Below, piece by piece: positions 52,769-63,803 of a stretch of 64,000 nucleotides of DNA; positions within the stretch are counted from its first letter, which is position 1; every line of letters starts with the position of its first letter. Both the position numbers and the translations under genes were made by a program. The notes beneath the pieces are model-generated. The model was not told where the DNA came from. It made no database searches and saw only the letters and a program-made list of their open reading frames with translations. The DNA lies in the NCBI GenBank assembly GCA_026416845.1, contig JAOAEL010000006.1, positions 390 through 64,389 on the forward strand. The letters run 5' to 3'. The stretch comes from Patescibacteria group bacterium (lineage in GTDB: Bacteria; Patescibacteriota; Microgenomatia; UBA8517).

Positions 52769-53001
52769 TTTAAGACAGAAAAGTAAGAAGAATGTTTTTA
52801 GCTTCCAACCAAAATTAGCTTTTTAAATAAACCTTAACTCTCTAAGAGACAAAACCCAAACAACACATTCACCTGTTACCAAAGATAAAGCTAATACTTT
52901 ACAAGAAATCAAGATACGATAACACTACACCCTCTTTTTTTCAAAAACAACACCCAAAGACTCAGTGTAAAGCTTATATTAAACTACCACACGACTCTTT
53001 A

Positions 53002-53166
53002 TTAATCCTTAGGTAACAGAGGATACCTATTGGTCTCATGTCCCCTAAATTTCTCACTAAAAGTTACATAAGAAACTACCAATTCACCCTCTTTTTTAGG
53101 TTCAACTTGGGCACAATTTTCCACTGAAAATCTATCTTTTACCAACATCTCCAAACTCCTAGACAT
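53002..53166 (-). CDS. small ORF with perfect SD, possibly the start of a decayed longer gene
   Basis: AAAGGAGGTGA-6 nt-ATG; MSRSLEMLVKDRFSVENCAQVEPKKEGELVVSYVTFSEKFRGHETNRYPLLPKD. Confidence 0.5.
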   Translation of the reverse strand: MSRSLEMLVKDRFSVENCAQVEPKKEGELVVSYVTFSEKFRGHETNRYPLLPKD

Positions 53167-53589
53167 TCTAGCTCACCTCCTTTTTTACATCCTGTAGACC
53201 TGAGAAAAAGATCTTTATTGTTGAGTTGTTAGCTGTAGTGTAGCAAACGAACGCGTTTTCCGTTAATAATCACCATGACAAATAACTATCGTCCGTGAAG
53301 AGCAATTATATCAGCCTTTGCTTGTTTCCTATTAATCTCAACCCGCTAAAGCGCCAAAATCACTCAACAAAGATATGTAACTGACGACACCTAACAACAC
53401 CGTATGTACTGCAAATTAGACAACCCTCTTTTTGTATTCTCATTTGTCAAATACAAATTGTAAAATAACGTGTAACTCAAACCTTCTCGATCTTCGCCTG
53501 GCACAAAACATACACATACAATTCCAAAACTAAACACACAAGATAACTTTCCTCTCAAGAGGAGAGTTCCAAAGGTGACTTCAAGTCTT

Positions 53590-54374
53590 TTCCTACTAGT
53601 CAAAACTAATCTTTCTGCCAAATCACAATACTTTTTATCAACATCATAGGAAACATATTTTCTGCTCGTTTTTATAGCCGCTATGCAAGTAGTCCCACTG
53701 CCAGCAAATGGATCTAGAACAATTTCATCTTCAAAAGTATAAAGTTGTATCAATAGTGCCTTTTTTTCTTGTGAGGATTTAATCTGGTAAATGTGCTTTT
53801 ACAAAACACAAGAATGTATTCATGGACATCGCGTAAAACTGGATTGTTAGCCTTTAAGTATGTCCCCCAAGCTGTTGAAAAACTAGCTCTACTGCCTTTG
53901 TTCCAAATAATTTATCCCTTCATTAAAAAACCAATGTTGTGCATATCTTCAATTATGTAGCTATGTAATGGTAAGTAAGGCTTCCTGCCAAGATTGGTTA
54001 TATTTACGCAATCTCTACTACCGAGGGATGAATAAATGTTTTTTTAAAAACGCTTTTTAATAGTTCTCTGTATTCATCAAGAGACAGATTTTCATCATAC
54101 TCTTTGCCTACATTATAGAGCGGCGAAGTAACCATTAGTGCACATTGTTATCTGGAAGCTCTGACATGGGTTGGCTACTTTTGCAAAAAATTTTATTTAT
54201 ATTTTGAGGATCAATTTGATTTTCTACATATTCAACATCTTTGACAATGCTTAAACCTTGATAAAGTTTGCTGTTATAAAACCTATAAAAATCATGACTT
54301 ATGTAACCCGGCGTACCAAAAGCGATTGTCTGTATTCCATTTTTCCTAAGATTGCTCAAATTTCGTTTTGCCAT
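53590..54374 (-). pseudogene. beta-class N4/N6 DNA methyltransferase, frameshifted
   Basis: VH*MVTSPLYNVGKEYDENLSL (eroded SPPY), IIWNKG, AWG, DPFAGSGTT spread across frames. Confidence 0.88.
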
Positions 54375-54382
54375 GCTTTCTG

Positions 54383-54896
54383 TTATCTAGATTCACGTAA
54401 TAACTGTAAAAATTTCTGTGCCTTTTCCTCGTAAGTAACTTCCTTATTTGCTAATTCAATAATTTCCCCCAGCTCTTTTTTGTTTTGGATACTAGAAAAA
54501 AACTCCCTCTCTTCTCTCAAAAGATTTACAGCGCTTTCTTGCAACTTTCCATACAAGTCAAATTTACAAAAACCTCCAAATGGGGTTTCCTTTATGCTTC
54601 CGCCATTATTATCCAAAGATCGTGGATTAATAGACCAAAATCCCTGAATAATTCCGCTTCTCTTTAAATGGTCTACTTTACCATAATAGCTTTTAGTAAT
54701 TGGAGTGTTACCAACAACAATAAAAGGAGTTTTTGCTTTGCAATGCTGTTTTATCACCAAAATAATTCTTAGACCAGTAGGCTAAGCATCTTTTTTTCCT
54801 TGGTAATATAAAAAGCTGTTCAGGAGCTAAAAAATCTAAAGATTTGATAAAAAATTTTTTTGTAATCTTGATTCCAAAGCTTTGCCATAAAATCAT
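54383..54896 (-). pseudogene. probable cognate restriction endonuclease remnant
   Basis: Two frameshifted fragments immediately upstream of the MTase; identity inferred from context only. Confidence 0.5.
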
Positions 54897-55282
54897 TCTA
54901 ATAATTTTTAATTATTTAAAAATTAACAACAACTAAAAAATTTATTTAAGTAAACAATCCTAAATTAGGAATTAGTTAAAAACTAATCCTATTTTTGGAA
55001 ATAATCATTAGATACATCAAAGCATGCTTGAGAAATTTACAACATTAATTCTTCTAGTTTGTTTTATATTAGCAAGTTCAACAAAGTTTAATGCTTTAAT
55101 TTGATCAATACAGTTTTATTCTGTATTTAAAAAATTTGCAAAAATAAAGCAATAATTCCTCTTTAGATTATTAAACATAAAATTAATCAAAACAAAATAT
55201 TGCTAAAGTTTTATCTTACTTCGTAAAATTTACCAGCCACCAACTTTATTTTTGCTTTTATTAATGTTATAGTCTCTCTGCA

Positions 55283-56356
55283 ATGAGAATTGATAACGAT
55301 GTAAAGCTTGATTATTGTGATGTTTTGCTCCGCCCCAAAAGAAGCACATTAACAAGTCGAAAAGATGTTGTACTAGAAAGAACATTCAAATTTTACCATT
55401 CTAAAAAAACATGGACAGGTGTTCCAATAATGACTGCCAATATGGCAACCTGTGGAACTTTTGAAATGGCCAAAATTCTATCTGAACACAAAATAATTAC
55501 AACTTTTCATAAATATTACGAAATCGAGGAATATAAAAAATTCTTTTTAGAATTTGACAATCCGGATTATATTGTCTACACCACAGGGATTCGCGATGAA
55601 GACTTTGCAAAAATTGCTAAGATGAAAAAGGCTAAACTAATGAATAAGTTTAGTTTCATTTGTGTTGACGTCCCTAACGGATACCTTGAAAGATTTGTCG
55701 AAAGCATAATAAGAATACGTAATGAATTTCCTGATCATATAATTATTGCTGGAAACGTGGTCACAAATGAAATGACTGAAGAAATAATTTTATCAGGTGC
55801 GGATATCGTAAAGGTTGGAATTGGCTCAGGAGCCGCTTGTACTACAAGGAAAATGACCGGAGTTGGATATCCGCAATTATCTGCGGTAATTGAATGCGCA
55901 GACGCGGCTCATGGAATATCAAACACGCAAGGTTACGGTTTAATAATTGCCGACGGTGGGCAACAGTATCCCTCCTGTGTCGCCAAAGCTTTCTGCGCAG
56001 GAGCTGATTTCAACATGATGGGATCAATGTTTTCTGGTTTTGAAGAAAGCGGTGGAGAAACCGTCATTAAAAATGGCAAAAAATATAAGGAATATTTCGG
56101 ATCATCTTCAAACCACGCGCTAAAAAAATTCTATGGCAAAAAAGATTTTCATCGCGCTTCAGAAGGCCGTTACACTTTAATTCCTCACAAAGGTTCAATA
56201 AATGATTTTTTGCAAGACTTGTTTGGTTCTTTAAGAAGTACTGGCACATACATAGGGGCACGATCTTTAAAAGAGTTCTCAAAGAGAGCTACTTTTGTAC
56301 GCGTTAATCGACAATTGGCCACACATCTTGAAAAATATGACATCGAAAATCAGTAA
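55283..56356 (+). CDS. guaC: GMP reductase
   Basis: DVLLRPKRSTL.SR, KVGIGSGAACTTR..TGVGYPQLSA, RASEG. Confidence 0.96.
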   Translation: MRIDNDVKLDYCDVLLRPKRSTLTSRKDVVLERTFKFYHSKKTWTGVPIMTANMATCGTFEMAKILSEHKIITTFHKYYEIEEYKKFFLEFDNPDYIVYTTGIRDEDFAKIAKMKKAKLMNKFSFICVDVPNGYLERFVESIIRIRNEFPDHIIIAGNVVTNEMTEEIILSGADIVKVGIGSGAACTTRKMTGVGYPQLSAVIECADAAHGISNTQGYGLIIADGGQQYPSCVAKAFCAGADFNMMGSMFSGFEESGGETVIKNGKKYKEYFGSSSNHALKKFYGKKDFHRASEGRYTLIPHKGSINDFLQDLFGSLRSTGTYIGARSLKEFSKRATFVRVNRQLATHLEKYDIENQ

Positions 56357-56359
56357 ATT

Positions 56360-57046
56360 TTAATGCGCGATCGCAACTCCCCACACTGATTTTGCTCCAT
56401 TTATCTTAAGAACTTTACCAATTTCCCTTAGTGTGGCTCCTGTTGTAACAACATCATCGACTAAAATTATGTTCCTTCCATAAATTCCCTTTTGATCTAA
56501 AACTTTATAAATGTTTTTTGCATTTTTTAACCTTTCAGTACGGCTAAGCCGTGCTTGTACCTTGTGATCTTTTATTTTTACTATCAAACCAATTTTGTGT
56601 TCATACTCAATAAATTTCGCTAACTCTTTGGCCAAAATTTCACTTTGATTAAATCCTCTCCAATTCTCGCGTTTCTTGTAAAGAGGAACAGGAATAATTA
56701 AAGAGTTATCTGGAAACAAAAATGATATTTCAAGTAAACGAATCACAACCATTTTTGCAAGTTCAAAAGCAATATCATAAGCAAACTTATATTTCAAAGA
56801 AGTTAAGGCTTTCTTTATGGCGCCTTCGTAAACATAAGCGATTGTAAACCCATCTAAAGAAAATTTTTTCTGACATCTAAAATGTGTTTTGCCATCAACC
56901 GAAGGTCTAAAACATTCAATACATATTTGCTTTTGAACAAGTAAACTTTGCGCGCAAATTTTACAAAAATAATTCCCTAAAGCGCCACAACCAAAACATT
57001 TTTTCGGAAAAAGAAAGTCAATTATATTCATTTCTAAAGTGTACAA
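56360..57046 (-). CDS. comF: ComF family protein
   Basis: Double Zn ribbon, RGFNQS, LVDDVVTTGAT. Confidence 0.93.
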   Translation of the reverse strand: MYTLEMNIIDFLFPKKCFGCGALGNYFCKICAQSLLVQKQICIECFRPSVDGKTHFRCQKKFSLDGFTIAYVYEGAIKKALTSLKYKFAYDIAFELAKMVVIRLLEISFLFPDNSLIIPVPLYKKRENWRGFNQSEILAKELAKFIEYEHKIGLIVKIKDHKVQARLSRTERLKNAKNIYKVLDQKGIYGRNIILVDDVVTTGATLREIGKVLKINGAKSVWGVAIAH

Positions 57047-57057
57047 TACAACTTAAT

Positions 57058-57492
57058 ATGGAAATAATAAATAAAAAAGCGGGATTGAACTTTTTCCTTA
57101 AAGAACGCATAGAGGCAGGGATTGTTCTGTCCGGAGCTGAAGCTCAAGCTGTAAGAAATGGCAGAATAGATCTGAGCAATTCCTATGTCAAAATAATCAA
57201 AGGAGAAGCTTATCTTATAAACGCAAACATTCCAATTACAAATGCGATAAATTACACATCGACAAGATCCAGAAAACTTTTACTGCACAAATCCCAAATT
57301 GTCTCTTTGCATACTAAAACAACAACTCAACATCTAGCATTAATACCAACAAAAGTGTATAATAAGGGACATCTGATCAAACTTCAAATTGCTTTGGCAA
57401 AGGGCAAGAAAAAGTTTGAGAAGAAAAAAGCACTAAAGCTTCGCGATCAAAATCGCGAGGCTCAGGAAGATTTAAAAATAAAGCTTAAATAA
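57058..57492 (+). CDS. smpB: SsrA-binding protein
   Basis: NKKA, EAGIVL.G.E, RSRKLLLHK, AKGKK. Confidence 0.96.
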   Translation: MEIINKKAGLNFFLKERIEAGIVLSGAEAQAVRNGRIDLSNSYVKIIKGEAYLINANIPITNAINYTSTRSRKLLLHKSQIVSLHTKTTTQHLALIPTKVYNKGHLIKLQIALAKGKKKFEKKKALKLRDQNREAQEDLKIKLK

Positions 57493-57527
57493 TTACTTGC
57501 TAATTTTAATTTTTATTTCAAAAACAA

Positions 57528-57942
57528 GGGGACGATTTACGGCACTCGACAAATTAGCACATTAAAAACCGCAAGCCGATTTTGATTTGTTATCGTAAAA
57601 AACAAATTAAAAAATCAAACGACAGTGAAACAACTGATCGTTCAGATTATGATGCTCTTGCGTGGGCAACACTCTGTGGAAACAGAGCAAATTCTTGCGC
57701 TTACGCTTTTGCATAATCTGATATCCTTTCGCTTTGTCTTCAAGAAAGTGAAACGGGTATAAACCAACTTGAAGTGCTTTACTAGTACATTGCTATAAAC
57801 TAGTAAATAAGAAATTAGCATTACTTTTATTGATATCTGTCTATCGATACGCAATAAAAGGAAACCAAAAACGATAGACTAAGCTTGTAGTAAGTTTTTA
57901 ATATGACTTTTTTGGAAGAGGGTTCGACTCCCTCCGTCTCCA
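57528..57942 (+). ncRNA. ssrA: tmRNA
   Basis: GGGGACG/CGTCTCC-A acceptor with G3-U70, GTTCGACTC T-arm, internal ORF ending YAFA*, directly after smpB. Confidence 0.96.
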
Positions 57943-58366
57943 CACAAAAAATAGTTTTTTAATTTTTGTTGTATTTATTTTGCATCTAAAAAGACTTTTC
58001 TATAATTAACTTAATTAACCAAAAATCAAAAAATTATATTTAAGCTTAGTTTATGTAACACCCATGATTCAAAAGAGAAAAATAATCATAAAAGTTGAAA
58101 ATTTGTTATAATTTGGCAATATCAAAAAGAAAATTTTCTAACAAAATTGTTTAGTAATTTTTTCAAAAACACATATTAAATCACAAAAACAATAAATTCT
58201 AAAGTTTTTTCTACATATTTAATAATTAGAGAACTTGAGGTAAATTTAACAAAAAGTAAATTGATCAAGTAGCCTATTTTTGAGGTAAAACATACTAAAA
58301 CATACTAATAAAAGCACATCAAACATGCAAAAATTCAACAGTAAAATACAAAAATTACAAAATAAG

Positions 58367-60238
58367 CTATTCCACCAAGTGTTCTAAATCAAAAAATAAC
58401 AATTTTTCGCCTAATAACAAAAAAGCTTTTCTTTCTTTTTCAAAAACTGCAAAATCAATGGCATCTTTGATTTGTTCTGAAACATATTGCGCTATAAATT
58501 TTCCATCCTTTGAAACAAAAATCACCCTACCAACTAACTTGTCTAAAATGCAAAAAGACTGAGAATCATAACTTGTATAAATACGACTTATTTCTTCTAT
58601 ATTTGGTGAAACACCAACTAATTTAAATGGTTGTACTAAACCATTATACATTTTAGTAATATTAGATTTCTCTGAAAGAATCCATATAAACCCATCTACA
58701 ATCATTTGTTTAGCTTCCCGAAAATTAACATCAGCATTTTGTCTTAACCAAGATTGATTGCTAACATACTTGCCACTATAATCAGCAGAAATACGCAAGA
58801 TTTGATTTTTTCTTTTCGCCAAATAAAAATTTGCGGCATAAGAATAAAAAAGATCATCTTCTTCAAAATTACCTTCATACAAAAAACTAACATCTCCTAA
58901 TTGTTTAATTCCATTTTTGTAAAAAAAATAAACTTTGTTTGTATACACATTAACATCTAAAGCCTCCGAAAGAATTGCAGGCCCAACTAAAATCTCAGAT
59001 CTTTTTGAAGAAACAACAACTTTGGCAAGTTTTGCATTGTTTTTGTCCCAAATATATAAGGATCCATCAGACAATATTAGCTTGTTTCCATAAAAATTTG
59101 AAGACAAAAGAGTAAGATCTATAAATTGAGATGGATTAACTTGATATTCCTTCAATAACTCTTTCCTGTTTTCTTCTATCATCTCCAATAACAACAAAAC
59201 TTTTTCGTTTTGTCTATTTTCATTTGCCAAACCAAGAACTTTATCTTTGGCTCTAACAAAAATTTCTCTAGCACCTTCAGGAGCAAAATTAGCCAATTCA
59301 ATAGCTTGTATAATTTCTTTTTCAACTTCTTTGGTCTTTGATTCCAAAACTGCTTTTTTTTGATTTTCTTGATTTCTCCAAAAACCTAAAACAGCGCTAA
59401 AAATCAAAACAAACAAACAAAAAACACCAACTAAAAGAGAAAATGATTGATTTTTTTCTATTTGCTTAGAAACATTGTGTGATTTAACAACAATACTTTT
59501 AAATCTATTATAATTGTTATCAACAAAAACTGATTCAACAACTTTTTTTCTTGATACAAAATTTTTAAGATTCAAGAAAAAAAAATTATAATTAGCGAGC
59601 AATCTAGGGAAAATGAATCTAGCTCTATTGAAATTCATATTTGAAAACAAACCAAACCCTAAACCAGCTAAATTTTTATTAAAACTATTTGAAAAACCAA
59701 TACATTCATACACAACTCCACTTCCACAAAAATTTGAAAAATCACCCTCACAATAATTAAAAACTTTTCGTTTGAGTATAAATTTAACTTGATCACTCAA
59801 CAAAAAAACCTCTGAAGTGCCAAATAACAAAATATCTCCTTGCATTATTTTCCCTTTAATTGCTTGAATTCTAGAACTTTGACTGCTCAATAACACTCCA
59901 TAGCTATCTCCACGCAAAATTGAAAATCCAATATTAGGACTAACAAAACACGTTATGTCATTTCCACAAACTACCATAACCGAAAACAAAAACCCCTTAT
60001 TTTGTCGCAAAAAATTCAACAAAATCATATAAATCAGTTCCTCTAATTCTTCTTTATTTGAACTTTGCAAAATCTCAAACAAAAACTTTTGAGCTTTTAA
60101 TTTCGGTTGAAGCAAACTATCCTTAAAGTAAAAAAATATTTGAATATTTTTTAAATTAATTTTACCAATATAAACATCATCTATTGTTTTTTTTATATTA
60201 AGATGGAGCTGGGCAGTTGATATTATAGCGGTCTTCAT
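58367..60238 (-). CDS. membrane protein with eroded PP2C-like N-domain and C-terminal beta-propeller-like domain
   Basis: GDILLFGT segment, one TM helix, coiled coil, repeated beta-rich blades. Confidence 0.6.
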   Translation of the reverse strand: MKTAIISTAQLHLNIKKTIDDVYIGKINLKNIQIFFYFKDSLLQPKLKAQKFLFEILQSSNKEELEELIYMILLNFLRQNKGFLFSVMVVCGNDITCFVSPNIGFSILRGDSYGVLLSSQSSRIQAIKGKIMQGDILLFGTSEVFLLSDQVKFILKRKVFNYCEGDFSNFCGSGVVYECIGFSNSFNKNLAGLGFGLFSNMNFNRARFIFPRLLANYNFFFLNLKNFVSRKKVVESVFVDNNYNRFKSIVVKSHNVSKQIEKNQSFSLLVGVFCLFVLIFSAVLGFWRNQENQKKAVLESKTKEVEKEIIQAIELANFAPEGAREIFVRAKDKVLGLANENRQNEKVLLLLEMIEENRKELLKEYQVNPSQFIDLTLLSSNFYGNKLILSDGSLYIWDKNNAKLAKVVVSSKRSEILVGPAILSEALDVNVYTNKVYFFYKNGIKQLGDVSFLYEGNFEEDDLFYSYAANFYLAKRKNQILRISADYSGKYVSNQSWLRQNADVNFREAKQMIVDGFIWILSEKSNITKMYNGLVQPFKLVGVSPNIEEISRIYTSYDSQSFCILDKLVGRVIFVSKDGKFIAQYVSEQIKDAIDFAVFEKERKAFLLLGEKLLFFDLEHLVE

Positions 60239-60259
60239 TAAACTCTCATTCTGTTATTC

Positions 60260-60487
60260 TTACAAAAGCAAAAAAGAAAAAACAAAAACAAAAACCGCAA
60301 AGCAAAAATGCCCAATCGCTATAATATTCATGATAAAACTAATTCCTACATCCAATGTTTCATTCATATTTATAATTTGCTTTATAACAACACCAGAAAA
60401 TACTATATATATAATCAAAAAAAGCAAAACGATAATTTTTGCCAAAAACCAAATATTTAAACCGGCAAATTCAAATCCTTGAATCAT
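60260..60487 (-). CDS. small two-TM membrane protein
   Basis: YIVFS.VVIKQI..MN.TL pattern. Confidence 0.7.
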   Translation of the reverse strand: MIQGFEFAGLNIWFLAKIIVLLFLIIYIVFSGVVIKQIINMNETLDVGISFIMNIIAIGHFCFAVFVFVFSFLLL

Positions 60488-61227
60488 CTTATTCTTCCTT
60501 CTAGTTTTTCTTGTTCTTCTTCCAATCGCAATTCACGCAATATCTTGGCAACATCGTCAGGTCTTGGAACAGCTTCAAATCTTATTCTTGGAACTTCCCC
60601 AGCTGTTTGAATTACTACATCACCAAAATTAAAAAAAGTTCTCCAAACACCGCTCATCTCCACAGTAACATCTTGAATTTGATCAATATTTGCATCCGTA
60701 ATCTCTCTATAAACTAAATTAACAAAATCAACTTCAAGAATTCTTTCATCAGTAATAATATTCACATTATAAAACCAACTCAAAAACTCTTCCAACACAA
60801 ACGCTAAAGTTATCATATACCAAACCACAAACAAAACAAATTTAAATTCCCAAGGAACAATTTCAATAAAGCCGAAAAATGAGACAAAAATCGGCGCTAA
60901 AAACATAAGCAAAGCAGTAAAAATCCAAGGAATATTTGTAAAAGGATGTTTTCTTAAAAGCAAAATCACTTTTTCCTGACTGTCTTTGTGATAAAAATTA
61001 ACATTTTTTGGATTAATACAATAAGAAGAAAACACTCGACTGTTAGAATCTGCATTGCTTTCAAATTTGAAAGGTTGAAAAGCTTTTTTCGATTGTCTGT
61101 TTTGTTGAGCCTCTGAATCCAGTGTATCAATTAAATCATTTTCAGAAGATTCTTTAGTATCATTTTCGGAATGAATATTTGAAATAAGTTTAGAATCATT
61201 CTTTTCTGCATTATATATTTCAGGCAT
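60484..61227 (-). CDS. membrane protein with bacterial PH domain
   Basis: LRKHP, two TM helices, IITDERI, IQDVT, NFGDVVIQTAG. Confidence 0.85.
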   Translation of the reverse strand: MPEIYNAEKNDSKLISNIHSENDTKESSENDLIDTLDSEAQQNRQSKKAFQPFKFESNADSNSRVFSSYCINPKNVNFYHKDSQEKVILLLRKHPFTNIPWIFTALLMFLAPIFVSFFGFIEIVPWEFKFVLFVVWYMITLAFVLEEFLSWFYNVNIITDERILEVDFVNLVYREITDANIDQIQDVTVEMSGVWRTFFNFGDVVIQTAGEVPRIRFEAVPRPDDVAKILRELRLEEEQEKLEGRIR

Positions 61228-61268
61228 CTTAAGCAAATTGTAACATAAGACTTGCTTATGGTAAAAAA

Positions 61269-62975
61269 TCACAGCTTTTCTATATTATAAAGAGAACTTT
61301 TTATACCAATATATCCAGGAGCTCTAAGATTAAAAGCCCTTTTAAACTCATCTGCTGGAATATTAACAAAACCTTTATTAGTTGTAAAAGAAACAGACAA
61401 AGTACTACCATCTGATCCATATATAACTGAAACTGCTGAAACAGCACTATATCCACCTAAATCAAACAACTCGCTTACGGAGTACGGATTCCCTGTCCAA
61501 CAAGATTTATCTATGGGCGAAATTCGAGAAATATCACCATTTCCTTTATAAATCACGTGCCATGCGTTTAATATATCAGCCATTTGTTCAGAAGTAAGCC
61601 ACGGATGTGACCTGCCACAAGATTTACCACTGCGATCTTTATACCAAGCTTTGTAAAACCATGGAGAGCCAGCAATTTTTTCATATGCGGTCGATGGCCA
61701 ATCAGAAGAAGCATCTTTAATTCCAATCCACCCCCATTGAGAAATAGTATAACCACCAGCACTCGCTGAATAATAAGTTTTCGCGGGAACACCACCTTTA
61801 GTAAGCACCCACCCACGAGTATGACGAACAGCTTCAGCCCACTTGCCTGTTTTTAATTGAGGCTTATAAACTTGGCACTTTTCTGTTGTACAAATACTTC
61901 CTGTACCATTATTAGTCACAGCAAGAGCGTAAGTTCTAGCCGCCACAGCCTGAGCTTTTAAAGCTTCAAAACCTCCGTTATCACCCCAACTTTCAGGAAC
62001 TTCATGTATTCCAAGTAAATAATTCTCCTCAAACGGAATCCTCCCCACTCCTATCACACCTATAGTAGAGGGCACTGGATAATTTTTATTTAACTCTGTT
62101 CCTTGATAATAAGCGGCTAAAATCGTCTCAGCAGATTGTCCAGATAAGCTTCTGCCATAAGCGCCATACTGACTCATACCCACTCTATGGGGAGCTCCGA
62201 ATGAAAAAGCTGCAAAAGCGGGACGAAAACCGGGATCACAAAAAGTACTAGTACCCAAAGATCCAGAACAAGGCTCCGCAGTTGGAGGCACATCTCCAAT
62301 AGAAGTAGAAAAACCACCTGCCTTTAAAGCCAAAAGTTCTTGCTGTTTTTGAGACAAGACTGATAAATATTTTTCAGTTTTTTCAACTTCATTAGCAAGG
62401 AAGCTTGCTCTTTCATCAATTTGTTTTTTAACTTGGGCAAGATTTTTTTTATTTTGCTCCAATTTTTCTTTGTCATTCCTTAATTTAATCAATTTTTGTG
62501 CATGCTGCTGAATACTTTCGACATCAAAACTTGCAACTTTTTGTTGAATTGATATCTCTTGAAAAAACAAGTTTGCGTCATCGGAATAAATAAAAGGCAA
62601 AACTGGGTTATATAATCTAATAAACTTATAATGATTTTTTGTTTTTTCTTCAAAAACAATCTTCGTGTAATTTAAATCCTCTTGTCTTTTAAATATTTCA
62701 TTTTCTTTTATTTCTAACTCCAAAGTTAAATCTTTAATCTTTTTACTTAAACTAACGATTTGATTTTTTAAAGTAGATAATTCCTTTTTATTATTCTCAT
62801 TCGCGCTAGACAAAGCATCTATTTCCTTTTGTATCTCGGCAATTCTACAATCGTAATCTAAATTTGAACAGCCAGATGCTGAAACAAGATAAATAAAAAC
62901 AAAAAACAAAAAGCAAAAAACAATTAAAAATGCCAAATTTTTAAAAACTAAAATTGACAAATTTTTAAAAAACAT
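61269..62975 (-). CDS. SpoIID/LytB-domain protein with N-terminal coiled coil
   Basis: HRVGMSQYGA, EALKAQAVAARTY, CQVY. Confidence 0.92.
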   Translation of the reverse strand: MFFKNLSILVFKNLAFLIVFCFLFFVFIYLVSASGCSNLDYDCRIAEIQKEIDALSSANENNKKELSTLKNQIVSLSKKIKDLTLELEIKENEIFKRQEDLNYTKIVFEEKTKNHYKFIRLYNPVLPFIYSDDANLFFQEISIQQKVASFDVESIQQHAQKLIKLRNDKEKLEQNKKNLAQVKKQIDERASFLANEVEKTEKYLSVLSQKQQELLALKAGGFSTSIGDVPPTAEPCSGSLGTSTFCDPGFRPAFAAFSFGAPHRVGMSQYGAYGRSLSGQSAETILAAYYQGTELNKNYPVPSTIGVIGVGRIPFEENYLLGIHEVPESWGDNGGFEALKAQAVAARTYALAVTNNGTGSICTTEKCQVYKPQLKTGKWAEAVRHTRGWVLTKGGVPAKTYYSASAGGYTISQWGWIGIKDASSDWPSTAYEKIAGSPWFYKAWYKDRSGKSCGRSHPWLTSEQMADILNAWHVIYKGNGDISRISPIDKSCWTGNPYSVSELFDLGGYSAVSAVSVIYGSDGSTLSVSFTTNKGFVNIPADEFKRAFNLRAPGYIGIKSSLYNIEKL

Positions 62976-63103
62976 TGGAATAAAACCAAAATAATCAACA
63001 AATTGTCATAAAAAAATTTAAAAACCAAAATTTAAAAATCATACACAATTATTATAACAAAATGTTTTTATCCTAGGACTTTTAGTGATACAATTATTTC
63101 ACA

Positions 63104-63403
63104 ATGGGATGCAATAGCAGCAATGGTATCGAAACGGCAATTGGTTGCATTTCTTTAATTGGTAGCAACCCATTAACAGACATGATATATATTTTTTTAA
63201 GGCTTGGAGGAAACATAGTAGGAGGAATGGGTTTAATACTTATAGTATATTCTGGATATATGTTAATGACATCGGCTGGAAATCCTCAAAAAGTTCAAGC
63301 CGCCAAAGAGTTACTTACAGCTTCAATTTCAGGTATTTTAATGTTACTTTTTGCTGTATTTTTGTTAAGAATAATTGGATCCGATTTGTTGATACTATTT
63401 TAA
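63104..63403 (+). CDS. CPR-type pilin (TrbC/VirB2-like)
   Basis: TAIGCI, SGY.LMTSAGNPQKVQAAKE.LT. Confidence 0.85.
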   Translation: MGCNSSNGIETAIGCISLIGSNPLTDMIYIFLRLGGNIVGGMGLILIVYSGYMLMTSAGNPQKVQAAKELLTASISGILMLLFAVFLLRIIGSDLLILF

Positions 63404-63441
63404 ATTTAAACATTTTCAATCATGAATAAATTTTAGTTTTT

Positions 63442-63771
63442 ATGAAATCTAATTACTTGTCTTTGCGAAGAGAAGATCTTGTTCAAATGGAAAATGCCTT
63501 AACACCAAACTTTGCAGGAAAAAGTTTGGGAGATGTAATATCAGCAGCCATACCATATGTATTCAGTTTTGCGGGATTTGCTCTTTTAATTTACATTATC
63601 TTTTCTGGATATAAATTTTTGACATCGCAAGGCGATTCAAAAAAGGTAGAAATCGCAAAAGAAAACCTAACAACAGCTATAATTGGGTTCATAATAATAT
63701 TTACATCATACTTTATAGTCCAAATAATTGGAAGAATACTTGGTATAAATCAAATACAAGAAATGTTTTGA
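63442..63771 (+). CDS. CPR-type pilin (TrbC/VirB2-like)
   Basis: SGYKFLTSQGD.KK...AKENLT.AIIG. Confidence 0.85.
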   Translation: MKSNYLSLRREDLVQMENALTPNFAGKSLGDVISAAIPYVFSFAGFALLIYIIFSGYKFLTSQGDSKKVEIAKENLTTAIIGFIIIFTSYFIVQIIGRILGINQIQEMF

Positions 63772-63803
63772 ACAACAGCATCCAAACATTCAAACATAAA
63801 TAT

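Noticed and set aside
53391-53590. C-terminal extension of the 120-aa ORF as a real protein
   Set aside because: Read-through from the broken methyltransferase into non-homologous sequence
57642-57854. 70-aa minus-strand ORF
   Set aside because: Lies antisense within the tmRNA
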